IMG/VR virus record: IMGVR_UViG_3300035499_000522
Coordinates: 64,001 to 128,000 of that record
Reading direction: 5' to 3' (one strand)
Length of the DNA: 64,000 nucleotides
Source: a virus
Lineage: Duplodnaviria > Caudoviricetes
The notes below the pieces were generated by a model, which saw only the letters and a program-made list of their open reading frames with translations, searched no databases and was not told the origin of the DNA. Position 1 is the first letter of the stretch; every line of letters starts with the position of its first letter. The position numbers were made by a program, and so were the translations under genes. Positions 1-10,963 of the stretch are shown one piece after another.

Positions 1-531
1 AATAAGATTTTGGATTCAATAGAAGCAGCAAGACATACAACATTAGACAAAGTAATATCTGCGGCAGGTATCCCCCTTATTGGTAAGTCAGTAGCAAAAG
101 ATTTAGCAAATTATTTTAAAACTTATGAAGCATTTAGAGAAGCAAAGGATTTCACACATTTGCCCAATTTTGGATATGAGATGAACAAAAGTTTAACTAC
201 ATATAACTACACAGAATTAGATGATATTGTAAAAAACTATTTAATACTTGATTATAATGAAGGCACTCAGGAACCCACACCCGCAATTGATTTAACTGAT
301 TATACCTTTTGTGTTACAGGCAAACTTGTAAGTATCAAAAGAGAAGAGTTAAAAAATAGAATTGAAGCGGCAGGTGGTAAAGTTACTGGCTCTGTGTCTT
401 CAAAAACGGACTACTTAATTAATAATGATATTAATAGCACTTCATCAAAAAACGTAACAGCTCAGCGACTTGGCGTTCCTATAATTACTGAAAGCGAATT
501 TGCTAATATGTTTCCCAATTTGATTAATTGA
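1..531 (+). CDS. ligA: NAD-dependent DNA ligase, C-terminal part (HhH + BRCT), 5' truncated by the window
   Basis: GIPLIGKSVAKDLA HhH motif; BRCT 'FCVTGKL...GGKVTGSVSSKTDYLINN...SSKNVTAQRLGVPIITESEF'. Confidence 0.9.
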   Translation, partial: NKILDSIEAARHTTLDKVISAAGIPLIGKSVAKDLANYFKTYEAFREAKDFTHLPNFGYEMNKSLTTYNYTELDDIVKNYLILDYNEGTQEPTPAIDLTDYTFCVTGKLVSIKREELKNRIEAAGGKVTGSVSSKTDYLINNDINSTSSKNVTAQRLGVPIITESEFANMFPNLIN

Positions 532-570
532 AAAATTTTTGATATAATATATATACAGAAAGGTTAATAA

Positions 571-771
571 ATGAACAATAAAAAGCTTAAAGTAGTTGCT
601 GAAAGAATAGCGGAACTTGAATATAAATATTCAATATCTGCTTCACAAGAGGAAAAAGACAAGATTGAAAGAAATATTGCTAGTATAGTAGGAAACTATA
701 GTATGGCGGATATGCTTGAATTAGATGATTATATACAAAGCAATTATATTGACAAAATAAAAAATATTTGA
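571..771 (+). CDS. hypothetical protein (66 aa)
   Basis: Intact ORF with AAGG RBS. Confidence 0.6.
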   Translation: MNNKKLKVVAERIAELEYKYSISASQEEKDKIERNIASIVGNYSMADMLELDDYIQSNYIDKIKNI

Positions 772-777
772 TATAAT
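749..777 (+). promoter_or_regulatory. sigmaA-type promoter
   Basis: TTGACA-17 nt-TATAAT with TG extended -10. Confidence 0.8.
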
Positions 778-861
778 ATATATGTAATAAAAAAGATGAA
801 AAAATTACATCTTTTAAAATAAAAACAAATTATATAAAATTAAAAGGAGAAATTATTTATT

Positions 862-1140
862 ATGCTTAAGGATAATGCAAAGACAGTATTTAATTATGTA
901 AAGGATATGGATGGTAAGAACATCACAGCAACAGATATTTCTGAGGCTACAGGTCTTGAGGTAAGAAGTGTAAATGGTATTGTTACTTCTGCTTTTTAGA
1001 AGAAGGGCTTGATGGAGAGAATCCCAGCTGAGATTGAACTTGATGATGGTTCTCATAAGGCTGTAAAGTTTATTAGACTTACAGAAGCTGGTAAGTCTTT
1101 CGATCCTGATGCAGAAGACGTTCCCGCAAAGGACGAGTAA
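862..1140 (+). CDS. small winged-helix DNA-binding protein (one in-frame TAG=Gln at 997-999)
   Basis: AAGGAG RBS; MLKDNAKTVFNYVK..ITATDISEATGLEVRSVNGIVTSAF(Q)KKGLMER..IRLTEAG; ends TAA. Confidence 0.7.
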
Positions 1141-1213
1141 TAGCTGTTACTTAATATAGATTTTAGGGAATAGGTTACATAATCTATTCCCTTTTTCTTA
1201 GAGGAATAAATGT

Positions 1214-2098
1214 ATGAGTAATTTTTTAATAACAATAATAATAGTTGATATATTGGTATTTACTGTTACATATGGTATATATACTTATTTGTTTTTAAAA
1301 CAACGAAAAAAGCAGAGAGAAATATATAGTAAATTAGAAATAGATATTGATATATTAGAACATAAAAAAGAAAATTTAAATCAAGAAATAGAAGAAAGAC
1401 AAGAATAGCTTAATGCGGCAATTGAAGAATTAACAATATAGAGAGAGCAAAAGAAACAAGAATTTAAAGAAAAATGTGAACAAGATTATTAGGATATAAA
1501 GGATAATTATGATTATAGTGTTGCGAAAATAAATGAATAGATATCTGCGGCAGAGAATAAACTACGGAAGATATAGGATACACTTAATGCAGCAACCGCC
1601 GCACAAACTAGGGCTTAGGAAATAAAAGATAATAAAAGTTTTTATTGCTTACCTTTATCTATTGAGGATTAGAATGATATTCAAGTATTAGAAAGAGTTA
1701 AGAAGCAATTAAATAAGCCAAGAATTCTAAGTATGTTAATTTGGTCTACTTATTTTCAAAAGCCAATGAATACATTATGTAATAATATTTTAGGAACTAA
1801 AGAAGTAACTGGTATATATAAAATTACTAATTAGTTAAATAATAAATGCTATATAGGTTAGAGTGTTGATATAAGTACTCGTTTTAAAAATCACGCAAAG
1901 TGCGGCTTGGGTATAGACACGCCGCCCGGCAATAAACTTTATCAAGCTATACAGGAAGATGGCATATAGAATTTCTCTTGGGAACTTTTGGAAGAGTGCA
2001 GTAAAGACGAATTAAATGAAAAAGAAATGTTTTATATAGAATTATATTAGGCAAAAGAATTTGGTTATAATACTTTGAAAGGTGTGAATAGTAAATGA
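1214..2098 (+). CDS. membrane-anchored coiled-coil protein with C-terminal GIY-YIG nuclease domain (~11 TAG)
   Basis: N-terminal hydrophobic helix; TAG readthrough gives GIYKITN(Q)LNNKCYIG(Q)SVDISTRFKNH; TGA stop overlaps the next ATG (ATGA). Confidence 0.8.
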
Positions 2099-2931
2099 AA
2101 TTTGAAAGAACTCTTGTATCTGGGTTTGAGGGAGCAATAAGAGGTATGCGGAATCCGCTTGAAAGCTGGTCCCGCTCTGATAGCAGATTTGGATTTATAG
2201 ATAATAATTATGATACTAAAGCAGTTAATTATAGATTAAAAGATGCAGCAGAAGCTTGGTTTACTTATAATGAATCATTAAGAGAAAATATTAAAAACTT
2301 TAAAGAAAAATCTATATCAGATTATGAATCTTGGCTTTCTTATAATAATGAAGTTGGATTTGATTTTGATAATAATATAGAATAGTTTGTATATATTGGG
2401 CCGCATGATATGCGGCTTATGCAAAGACTTATAAAAGCTGGCGGAGAACATCGTAAATTCATGCGGCAGATACAAGTTTCTGTCGATATTACCGCCCCAT
2501 TGTATTGGTGGAAGGAAGCTGATACCTATCGCGTTGGGGTAACAACAAACTCAACTTCTACAATGCACAAACTTGCAACTACTCCCATTACTATTGATTG
2601 CTTTGAAACAGATGATTATACAGGAAAATGTCTCTATTTAGGATATATAGAAGAATCTAATTCTGTTGATTTTTCTATAACATCTTATATTAGTTTTTTA
2701 GAAAGACTTCGTCTTGAATATCTTAAAACTAAAGATAAAAAATATTGGAAAGAATTAATAAGATGGCTTCCGGAATCTTGGCTTCAAACTCGTACTGTAA
2801 CTATGAACTATGAAAATATATATTCTATGGTTAAACAAAGAAAAAATCATAAACTCACTGAATGGAGCGAAAGCTTTATGGATTGGGTAGAATTACTTCC
2901 TTATGCTAATGAACTTTTGTTTTTAGAATAA
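2095..2931 (+). CDS. thyX: ThyX-like flavin-dependent thymidylate synthase family protein (one TAG at 2383-2385)
   Basis: Two track ORFs are in frame and joined by one TAG; 'EHRKFMRQIQVSVDITAPLYWWKEADTYRVG...STMHKL', 'RKNHKLTEW'. Confidence 0.65.
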
Positions 2932-2934
2932 TTA

Positions 2935-2963
2935 TTGAATTTTATAAAAAATAATGATATAAT
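2935..2963 (+). promoter_or_regulatory. sigmaA-type promoter
   Basis: TTGAAT-17-TATAAT with TG extended -10. Confidence 0.65.
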
Positions 2964-2996
2964 TATTATAGAAAATAAAAAAAGAGGTAATTTAAT

Positions 2997-3347
2997 ATGA
3001 CTAACAAAGATAAGTTTATTGAAGAAGTAGAAAACCTGATAACAGAAAGCGGAAAGAACCTTTCTGATGAAGCTTACTCTTATTTTGAATCTATAAAGCA
3101 TAAAGTTGGTACTGAAAAGCTTACAGAAAATGGAACAAAAGTTTTAAAGTATATGGCGGAGAACAAAGACAATTTCAGTAATGTATTTAAAGCTATTGAC
3201 ATTGGAGATGGAATTACAATGACTGGTAGAGCAGTATCTGGTGCTATGAGAAAGCTTATTGAATCTGGATATGTGAAGAAAGATGCAACCACCGCACCAG
3301 TTACTTATAGTATTACAGATTTTGGAGTAGAAAAAGCATTGAGTTGA
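2997..3347 (+). CDS. winged-helix DNA-binding protein
   Basis: 'LTENGTKVLKYM...AIDIGDGITMTGRAVSGAMRKLIESGYVKK...YSITDFG' wHTH pattern. Confidence 0.65.
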   Translation: MTNKDKFIEEVENLITESGKNLSDEAYSYFESIKHKVGTEKLTENGTKVLKYMAENKDNFSNVFKAIDIGDGITMTGRAVSGAMRKLIESGYVKKDATTAPVTYSITDFGVEKALS

Positions 3348-3372
3348 AACAATAAAAATTTTATGTTATAAT
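3344..3372 (+). promoter_or_regulatory. sigmaA-type promoter
   Basis: TTGAAA-17-TATAAT with TG extended -10. Confidence 0.65.
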
Positions 3373-3424
3373 ATTTATATAGTGTTTTTGATTTTTTAAA
3401 AAAAATTTAAGGAGAAAATTATTT

Positions 3425-4378
3425 ATGAAGAAAATGGTAAATGAAGCAACTTATGAAGGTAGAGTTTTTCAGCACAAGCTTGTAAAGAAGACAGTATCAA
3501 ATCAGTCTTCTAAAAATTTTGGTAAGGAATTTATTTCTGGTACTCTTGATATTGCAACTGATGATGCAGGACTTAATGTAGTACAGGTTCATTATACTTA
3601 TGTAACTGCTACAACTAATGCAGGTAGCGAAAATAGAACATTCACTGCACTTTCAAAGATTATGGATGGTCCTACTTGGGTAGAGAATGGTAAGGACGAA
3701 GCAATGAAAATAAAGGCAACAACCGCTATTGGTCTTAACGAATTTTATTCTTCAAGAGACAATCAGATTGTTTCTCAGATGATTAATGAAGGCGGTTTCA
3801 TTAATATTATTAATTCTCTTTCTGAGGAAAAGGAAAATAAGAGAAATAAGTTTATTGTTGATATGCTTATCACAAAGGCAACAAGAGTTGAAGCAGACCC
3901 CGAGAAGAATATTGATAAGGATTATCTTAATCTTCGTGGTGTAATCTTTAACTTTAGAAATGCAATTCTTCCTATTACTCTTAAAGTAACTAATGAAAAG
4001 GGTATTGAAGATTTTGAAAGTCTTGATGTTTCTTCTTCTAATCCTTATTTCATTAAGGTATGGGGTAAAAATGTAAATACAACAGTTACAATTACTAAGG
4101 AAGTTGATGCTTCTGATTGGGGCGAAGCTTATGTAGATACTCAGGAAAGAAATGTTAGAGATTGGGTAATCTCAGGTAGAGCGGCAGTTCCTTATGAGTT
4201 TGGTGAAGAGGGAGTTCTTACAACAGATGAACTTACAAAGGCTCAGCAGGACAGAGAGCTTGTTCTTGCGGAAATCAAGAAGAGAAATGAAGAATACAAT
4301 GCTTCTAAGGGCGAAACGGTAGCACCTGCTCCAGCAAAGGCAATTGCCCCTAAAGCAACAAGCGAATTTAATTTCTAA
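3425..4378 (+). CDS. probable single-stranded DNA-binding protein
   Basis: 317 aa, beta-rich, low-complexity tail ending EFNF; lies next to the AAA recombinase; no TAG. Confidence 0.5.
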   Translation: MKKMVNEATYEGRVFQHKLVKKTVSNQSSKNFGKEFISGTLDIATDDAGLNVVQVHYTYVTATTNAGSENRTFTALSKIMDGPTWVENGKDEAMKIKATTAIGLNEFYSSRDNQIVSQMINEGGFINIINSLSEEKENKRNKFIVDMLITKATRVEADPEKNIDKDYLNLRGVIFNFRNAILPITLKVTNEKGIEDFESLDVSSSNPYFIKVWGKNVNTTVTITKEVDASDWGEAYVDTQERNVRDWVISGRAAVPYEFGEEGVLTTDELTKAQQDRELVLAEIKKRNEEYNASKGETVAPAPAKAIAPKATSEFNF

Positions 4379-4399
4379 TTAAGATAGGAGGACAAATAA

Positions 4400-5416
4400 A
4401 TGGGAATTAATCTTATGGCTCTTGAGCCTCATAAAGTATCCCGTGATTTAAGCGGCTACATAACTTATGTGTACGGTCCTCCAAAGGTAGGAAAGACAAC
4501 GCTTGGCTCTCAGATGCCAAGCCCTCTTCTCCTAGCTTGTGAGAAGGGATATAATGCAATACCGGGAATTATTGCGTAGGATATAACTTCTTGGAGAGAT
4601 ATTAGAGATGTTTTAAGAGAACTCAAGAAACCCGAAGTTAAAGAAAAGTTTGCTACAATTATCATTGATACAGTAGATATCGCAGCGGTTTATTGCGAAA
4701 AATATGTATGTGCTCAAGCAGAAGTTGATTCCATTTCACAGATTCCTTATGGACAGGGATGGAACAAACTTAAAAAGGAATTTGAAGAAGTTTTCCGTAC
4801 TATGACGCAGCTTGGGTATGCAGTATATTTTATTTCACATTCTAAAGAAGGTACTTTCAAAAGACAGGATGGTACAGAATATACACAGATTAAGCCTTCT
4901 GTAACTACTACGTATAATAGTATTATAGAGAATATGGCTGACCTGTATGGATATATGCATCCAGTATATGAAGATGGACAGTCAAAAGTAAAAATGACTT
5001 TACGTTCACTGGATGGTTCAATTGCGGCAGGCGGTAGATTTAAATATATTGCCCCAGAAATTGATTCAAGCTATGATTCACTTGTTAAGGCATTAAATGA
5101 TGCAATAGATGAAGAAGCTAAACTTACAAATAATGCTTATGTAACAGATGAAAGAGAAAAAGCTCCAAACATTACAGTTCTTGATTTTGATGAACTATTA
5201 AACAAATTTAATTCTATTCTTAGCAATATTGTTAATACACATTCAGAAGAAGAATTCAATTCATATTACGCTCCACGAATTACACAAATTACAGATAAAT
5301 ACCTTGGTAAAGGAAAGAAAGTTAGCGGCTGCTCCCGTGACCAAGTTGAGATGCTTAGTTTGATAGTTTCTGACCTCGAAGAACTTGAAGAAAAATCTAA
5401 AGTAAGTGCTCAGTAA
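4400..5416 (+). CDS. AAA_24/Sak4-like ATPase (recombinase) (one TAG at 4577-4579)
   Basis: GGAGG RBS; Walker A YGPPKVGKTT, Walker B IIIDTVD; in frame with track ORF 4802..5416. Confidence 0.8.
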
Positions 5417-5454
5417 TAAAGAGTTAAGAGTCAAGAGGAAGAATTATCTTTCTC

Positions 5455-5483
5455 TTGATTTTTTTAATAAAATATGTTATAAT
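5455..5483 (+). promoter_or_regulatory. sigmaA-type promoter overlapping an upstream hairpin
   Basis: TTGATT-17-TATAAT with TG; preceded by TCAAGAG...CTCTTGA inverted repeat and a T-run. Confidence 0.65.
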
Positions 5484-5514
5484 AAATATATAATAAAGAA
5501 AAAGGTGTTATAAG

Positions 5515-6039
5515 ATGGCGGCAAAGCATATAGTTAAATGTAAAATATGCGGAAAAGAGTTTGATTTAAATTCTGAACAAGGCGTAAAATGTGGGGCAAG
5601 GAGATATGCTCATCAAGCTTGTTATCCAGAAGGAGAATTAGTTGAAATGGCTTCTCAAAAAGACCCAGATTTAGTAGCACTTGAACAATATATAATGAAG
5701 CTATTTGACGATGATTATATAAGCCCAAGAGTTAGAAAACAAATAGAAACTTACAGAAAAGAATATAACTATACATATAGTGGAATATTAAAAAGCTTAA
5801 TATGGTTTTATGAAATAAAAGGCAATTCAAAAGAAGAAGCAAATCACGGCATAGGTATTGTACCATATATTTATTAGGAATCATACAACTATTATTATAA
5901 TATATTCTTAGCACAAAAGGCAAACGAAGATAAAGATGTAAACTACTTTAAGTCAACGATAAGAAGCATCATTATTCCATCGCCGCACGCAGAAACTAAA
6001 AAACCTAAAATGTTTAATATTGATAGTATGGAGGATTAA
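5515..6039 (+). CDS. Zn-finger-containing replication-region protein (one TAG at 5875-5877)
   Basis: CKIC...HQAC motif; readthrough IPYIY(Q)ESYNYY to a TAA just before dnaB. Confidence 0.6.
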
Positions 6040-6041
6040 TA

Positions 6042-7571
6042 ATGGCTAAAGAAAAATATATTGATATTCCTGCTATTGTACAGTTAATTGGCGGAGTTTA
6101 TTTAAATAATTCAGTATTAGATAATTCTCATTATTTTTTTGATGAGGATGATTTTACAGAAAGATTTCATAAGATTCTTTTTGGTACTATCTATAATTTG
6201 CATAATTTAGGTGTCACTAAAATAGATATAATAGCAATTGAAGATTATTTACAGCAAAGACCAGAAGCATATGGCGTTTATCAGTCTAATAAAGGTAGAG
6301 AATACATTCAGAAGTTGGAAGAGAATACACAGGTCGCCGCATTTGATTATTACTATGGCAGAGTTAAAAAAATGACTTTGTTTAGAATGTACGAAAAAGC
6401 TGGAATTAATTTGTCTTGGCTTTATGATATAGATAATATATTAGACACAAAAAAGAAACAAGCACAAGAAGATTGGTTAGATAGTCATTCTCTTGAAGAA
6501 ATAGCAGATATAATAGATAGTAGAATTTCTTAGGTTAGAAGTAAATACGTTGATAATTCTATTGAAAATGCTGGTCAGGCGGGAGACGACATATTTGAAT
6601 TAATTGAAGATTTTAAAGCCAAGCCTGAATTTGGTATTCCTCTTTATGGTAAATATATAAATACTATAACAAGAGGTGCAAGGCTTTCCAAAGTATATAT
6701 GCGGTCTGCCGCTACAGGACTCGGTAAAACTCGTACAATGATTGCTGATGCTTGTACTTTTGCTTGCGATACAATATTTGATTTAACTGAATATAAATGG
6801 GTATCAAATGGTACAAAAGAACCAACAGTTTATATAACAACAGAACAAGATAAAAAAGAAATTCAATCAATGATGTTAGCTTTTGTTTCCGCAGTAGATG
6901 AAGAACATATTCTCACTGGTAAATATGAAAATGATGAATATGAAAGAGTAAAATATGCGGCAAAGATACTACAAGATTCTCCACTTTATATAGAAATGCT
7001 TCCAGACTTTTCAATGCAAGATATTGAAAATTGCATTAAAAGAAATATTCAACTTAAAAATGTAAAATATATTTGTTATGACTATATTCACACTTCTATG
7101 AAAATTCTTAGCGAAATATCTTCTAAAACTGGCGTTAAAGGATTGCGAGAAGATAATATCTTATTTATGATAGGAGTAAGATTAAAAGATATAGCAATGC
7201 AATATGGAGTATTTATTATCACATCAACTCAGCTAAATGGCGGCTATGTCGAAGCTAAAGTATTTGACCAAAATCTTTTGAGAGGTGCAAAGAGTCTTGG
7301 AGATAAAATTGATGTGGGAATGATTATGCTTAGAGTCGAAGAAGAGGAAAAAGAAGCTCTGGGTCCAATAATCAGAAAAGGTGGATTTGAGATGCCAGAT
7401 ATAAAGATTTCAGTGTATAAAAACCGTAGAAGTAGATATGAACATATTTTAATATGGTGTAAAAGTAACAGAGGAATTTGTAGAATTGACCCACTCTTTG
7501 TAACTGGTTATAATTATGACTTTATTCCTATTGAAGATACACAAATAAAAGTTGTAGAAAGTAGTAATTAA
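6042..7571 (+). CDS. dnaB: DnaB-like replicative helicase (one TAG at 6531-6533)
   Basis: Two in-frame fragments; Walker A AATGLGKT, 'YDYIH', 'TQLN', 'LRGAKSLGDKID', 'YKNRR'. Confidence 0.9.
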
Positions 7572-7573
7572 TT

Positions 7574-8647
7574 ATGTCATTTTCTTATAATAAAGATGAA
7601 ATAAAAGAAAACCTGACAATAGAGCAAATATATGATTTATTAGCAGAATTAGGAGCAGAACCTATTCTTAAAAATAATTTGATAGTTTCACGTACAATAT
7701 GTCACGGTGGCTCAAGTCATAAACTTTATTATTATGGAAATACCAACTTATTTCGTTGTTATACAGAATGTGATGAAGTATTTGATGTGTTTCAATTAAT
7801 TCAAAAGGTTAAGAAAGTGACGTTGCCGCAAGCTATTAAATTTATAGCAAATTTCTTTGGGATACAAACTCAAGATTTAGATTTTGATGAAGAACAAAGA
7901 TTAAAAGATTGGGAAGTATTCAATAATTATGAAAGAATAAAAACAATAGATGAACATAAACAAATAGTTGAATTTAAAATATTTGATAAGAGTATTTTAA
8001 ATAATTTACCTCAGCCGCATATTTTAAACTGGGAAAGAGAAGGAATATCATATGATGTTATGAAAAATGCGGGAATCGCCTATGACCCCTCAAACCAAGG
8101 TATTGTAATCCCGCATTATGATATAAATGGAAATCTTATAGGAATAAGAGAAAGAACATTAATACAAGAGGAAGAGCAATATGGTAAATATAAACCCGCA
8201 ATATTTAATGGCATAATGTATAATCATCCTCTTGGTTTTTCATTGTATAATTTGAACAATAGTAAAGACAATATAAAGATAATGAAAAAAGCTATTATAT
8301 TTGAATCGGAGAAAGCCACATTACAATATGCTAGTTATTATGGAATTGAAAATGATATTAGTTGTGCGTGCTGTGGCAGCTCAATAATTAATTATCAAAT
8401 TCAGTTGTTGCTTTCTCTTGGCGTTCAAGAAGTAGTTATTGCTCTTGATAGACAATATAAAGAGATTGGCGATGACGAATTTAAGCATTGGACTAAAAAG
8501 TTAGAAGGCTTTAATAAGAAATTTAAAAGCTTAGTAAATATATCTTTTATATTTGACAAAGAACATAACTTAGAATATAAGATGAGCCCAGTTGACGCAG
8601 GAAAAGATACTTTTTTACATTTATTTAAAGAAAGAGTGATTTTATAA
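7574..8647 (+). CDS. dnaG: DNA primase (Zn-binding + TOPRIM)
   Basis: ICH...CYTEC zinc motif; 'IIFESEK', 'VVIALDRQ'; adjacent to the helicase. Confidence 0.85.
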   Translation: MSFSYNKDEIKENLTIEQIYDLLAELGAEPILKNNLIVSRTICHGGSSHKLYYYGNTNLFRCYTECDEVFDVFQLIQKVKKVTLPQAIKFIANFFGIQTQDLDFDEEQRLKDWEVFNNYERIKTIDEHKQIVEFKIFDKSILNNLPQPHILNWEREGISYDVMKNAGIAYDPSNQGIVIPHYDINGNLIGIRERTLIQEEEQYGKYKPAIFNGIMYNHPLGFSLYNLNNSKDNIKIMKKAIIFESEKATLQYASYYGIENDISCACCGSSIINYQIQLLLSLGVQEVVIALDRQYKEIGDDEFKHWTKKLEGFNKKFKSLVNISFIFDKEHNLEYKMSPVDAGKDTFLHLFKERVIL

Positions 8648-9030
8648 TGTATACAAGTTATTTTGCTCAATTAAAGAATCTTCCAGAAAACTTCATACCT
8701 ATTTCTATATGCGGAAAAGCACCAGAATGGTACACTGGACTTCAATATAAGAAATTCGCACCAAAGTATACTTTTTTTATGTAGTGGGAAAAAACACACG
8801 ATAATGATTATTATATAAGATGTTTTAATGAGCAAGTATTAAATAAGCTTAATATTGAAATAGTAAAACAAGATTTATTAAAATTAATTTCTACTATTGA
8901 CAATTATCAAGAGAAAGAGATATGTCTATTATGCTATGAAAAACCATCTGATTTTTGTCATAGGCATTTGGTTGCGAAATGGCTAAATGACAATGGAATT
9001 GAATGTAAAGAATGGGAGAAAAATAAATGA
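8647..9030 (+). CDS. DUF488-like protein (one TAG)
   Basis: MYTSYFA..ISICGKAPEWYTG..; C-terminal 'LLCYEKPSDFCHRHLVAKWL'; TAATG and ATGA overlaps with both neighbours. Confidence 0.65.
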
Positions 9031-10823
9031 AATATTAGCTAATTAATTAGTATGACAACTAGCCATCTACTCTTGAATTGATTTTTATGAATAGAGGAAT
9101 AAAGTAGAATGAAATTTAGGATTATATAAATACAACAGATGAAGATATAAATTCACCTTTATTATTGGGTGAAGAAAATCTAAAAAGTGCGGTAGCTATT
9201 TTATTCAAAGCAGTAAAGAATAGTGAGCAAGCTATAATCATTGTTGACCCAGATGCAGATGGATTCACAGCTTCCGCTACTTTAATTAATTATCTTCATA
9301 ACATATGTCCTTCTTGGATAGAAAATAATCTTTAGCTTTATTTTCATACAGGAAAATAGCATGGACTAGATGATTGTATAGATTATATTCTTGAAAATAA
9401 TTTTTCTTTGGTTTTAATTCCAGATGCGGGAAGTAATGACTATGAGCAGCATAAACTCTTAAAAGAAAGAGGAATCCCCGCAATAGTATTTGACCATCAC
9501 GAAGCTGAAAAAATTAGTGAGGATGCTATAATAATTAATAATTAGTTAAGTGATTATCCTAATAAATTTTTATCAGGTGTTGGAATAACATGGTAGTTCT
9601 GCCGCTATGTAGATAAAATAATCAATAAAAGCTATGCAGATTAGTATTTAGACCTTGTGGCACTTGGTAACTGTGCAGATATGATGAGCCTTACTTCAAA
9701 AGAAACAAAACATATTATTAATAAAGGATTTAAACAAATTAATAATCCTTTCATTAAATATATGGCAGACAAAAATAGCTATTCATTAGGTGATAAAGTA
9801 ACGTCAATGGGTGCCGCCTTTTATATTGTCCCTTTTATCAATGCTATTGTAAGAAGTGGAACATAGGAAGAAAAAATCTTAATATTCAATTCAATGCTTG
9901 AATACAAAGCTTATAATAAAATTCCTTCAAATAAGAGAGGACATAAACTTGGTGAAGAAGAAGAATTAGTTGTACAAGCTATTAGAACTGCTATTAATGT
10001 AAAAAATAGATAGACAAAAGAACAAGATGCAAGTATGGAATTTATTGAAAGCAGAATAGAAAAAGATAATATGCTTGAACATAAAGTGTTATTATTTTTA
10101 TTAGAAGGCGGAGAAGTGAAGAAGAATTTAGCTGGGTTAGTAGCTAATAAAATTATGGCTAAATATTAGCATCCTTGTTGTATTCTTACTAAAGCTGCTT
10201 CTGTTCCTGATGAATCAATTCCGCCTTGGGAAGATTAGCCAACTACTATTTCTTATTAGGGTTCTGCAAGAGGATGCGATATTGCGGGAGTTTCTGAATT
10301 TAAAGATATATGTGAAAATACTGGATGTATATCTTGGGCTTTTGGTCACTAGGGAGCTTTTGGTTTATCTCTTCCCGCTGATAATATTGATAAATTTGTT
10401 GCCGCAACTGATGAAGCTTTAAAAGATATGTCCTCTTAGCCTATATATTATGTTGATTGTATTTATGATGGCGATAATATAAATCCAAATGATATATTAG
10501 AAATTGCTTAGCTTGATGACTTTTGGGGAAAAGATTTTGATGAACCTTATATAGCAATAAAAGATTTAAAGATAACAGCAAATATGGTTACAATTTATAG
10601 AAAAACTACTAATACAATAAAGATTAGTTTATCAAACAATATAGATTTAATAATGTTTAAAGCATCAGAAGATGATTGCGATATTTTTCAAACAACTAAT
10701 ACAGGATACACAAAAGTGGATATAATAGGTTAGTGTAGAATAAATGAATGGAATGGCAACGTGTCACCGCAAATAGAAATAATTGATTATAATATAGTCA
10801 CTTCAAGTAAATATGACTTCTAA
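9027..10823 (+). CDS. recJ: RecJ-like DHH-family ssDNA exonuclease (~19 TAG)
   Basis: Readthrough gives an open 598-aa frame with 'IVDPDADG', 'K(Q)HGL', 'PDAG', 'FDHH', 'LSGVG', 'GSARG', 'GH(Q)GAFG'. Confidence 0.9.
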
Positions 10824-10860
10824 TATGCAGCAGGTGGCAGGGCTGCAAACCAACGTTTCT

Positions 10861-10902
10861 GGGAATAAAAAGAGGATTTTGAATTTTTTTATTCCCATTT
10901 TT
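10861..10902 (+). terminator. probable intrinsic terminator hairpin after recJ
   Basis: GGGAATAAAAA...TTTTTATTCCC followed by a T-run. Confidence 0.5.
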
Positions 10903-10907
10903 CTTTG

Positions 10908-10936
10908 TTGAAAAATTCTATAATTTATGTTATAAT
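10908..10936 (+). promoter_or_regulatory. sigmaA-type promoter
   Basis: TTGAAA-17-TATAAT with TG. Confidence 0.65.
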
Positions 10937-10963
10937 TATTATAGAAATAAAAGGAGAAAAATA

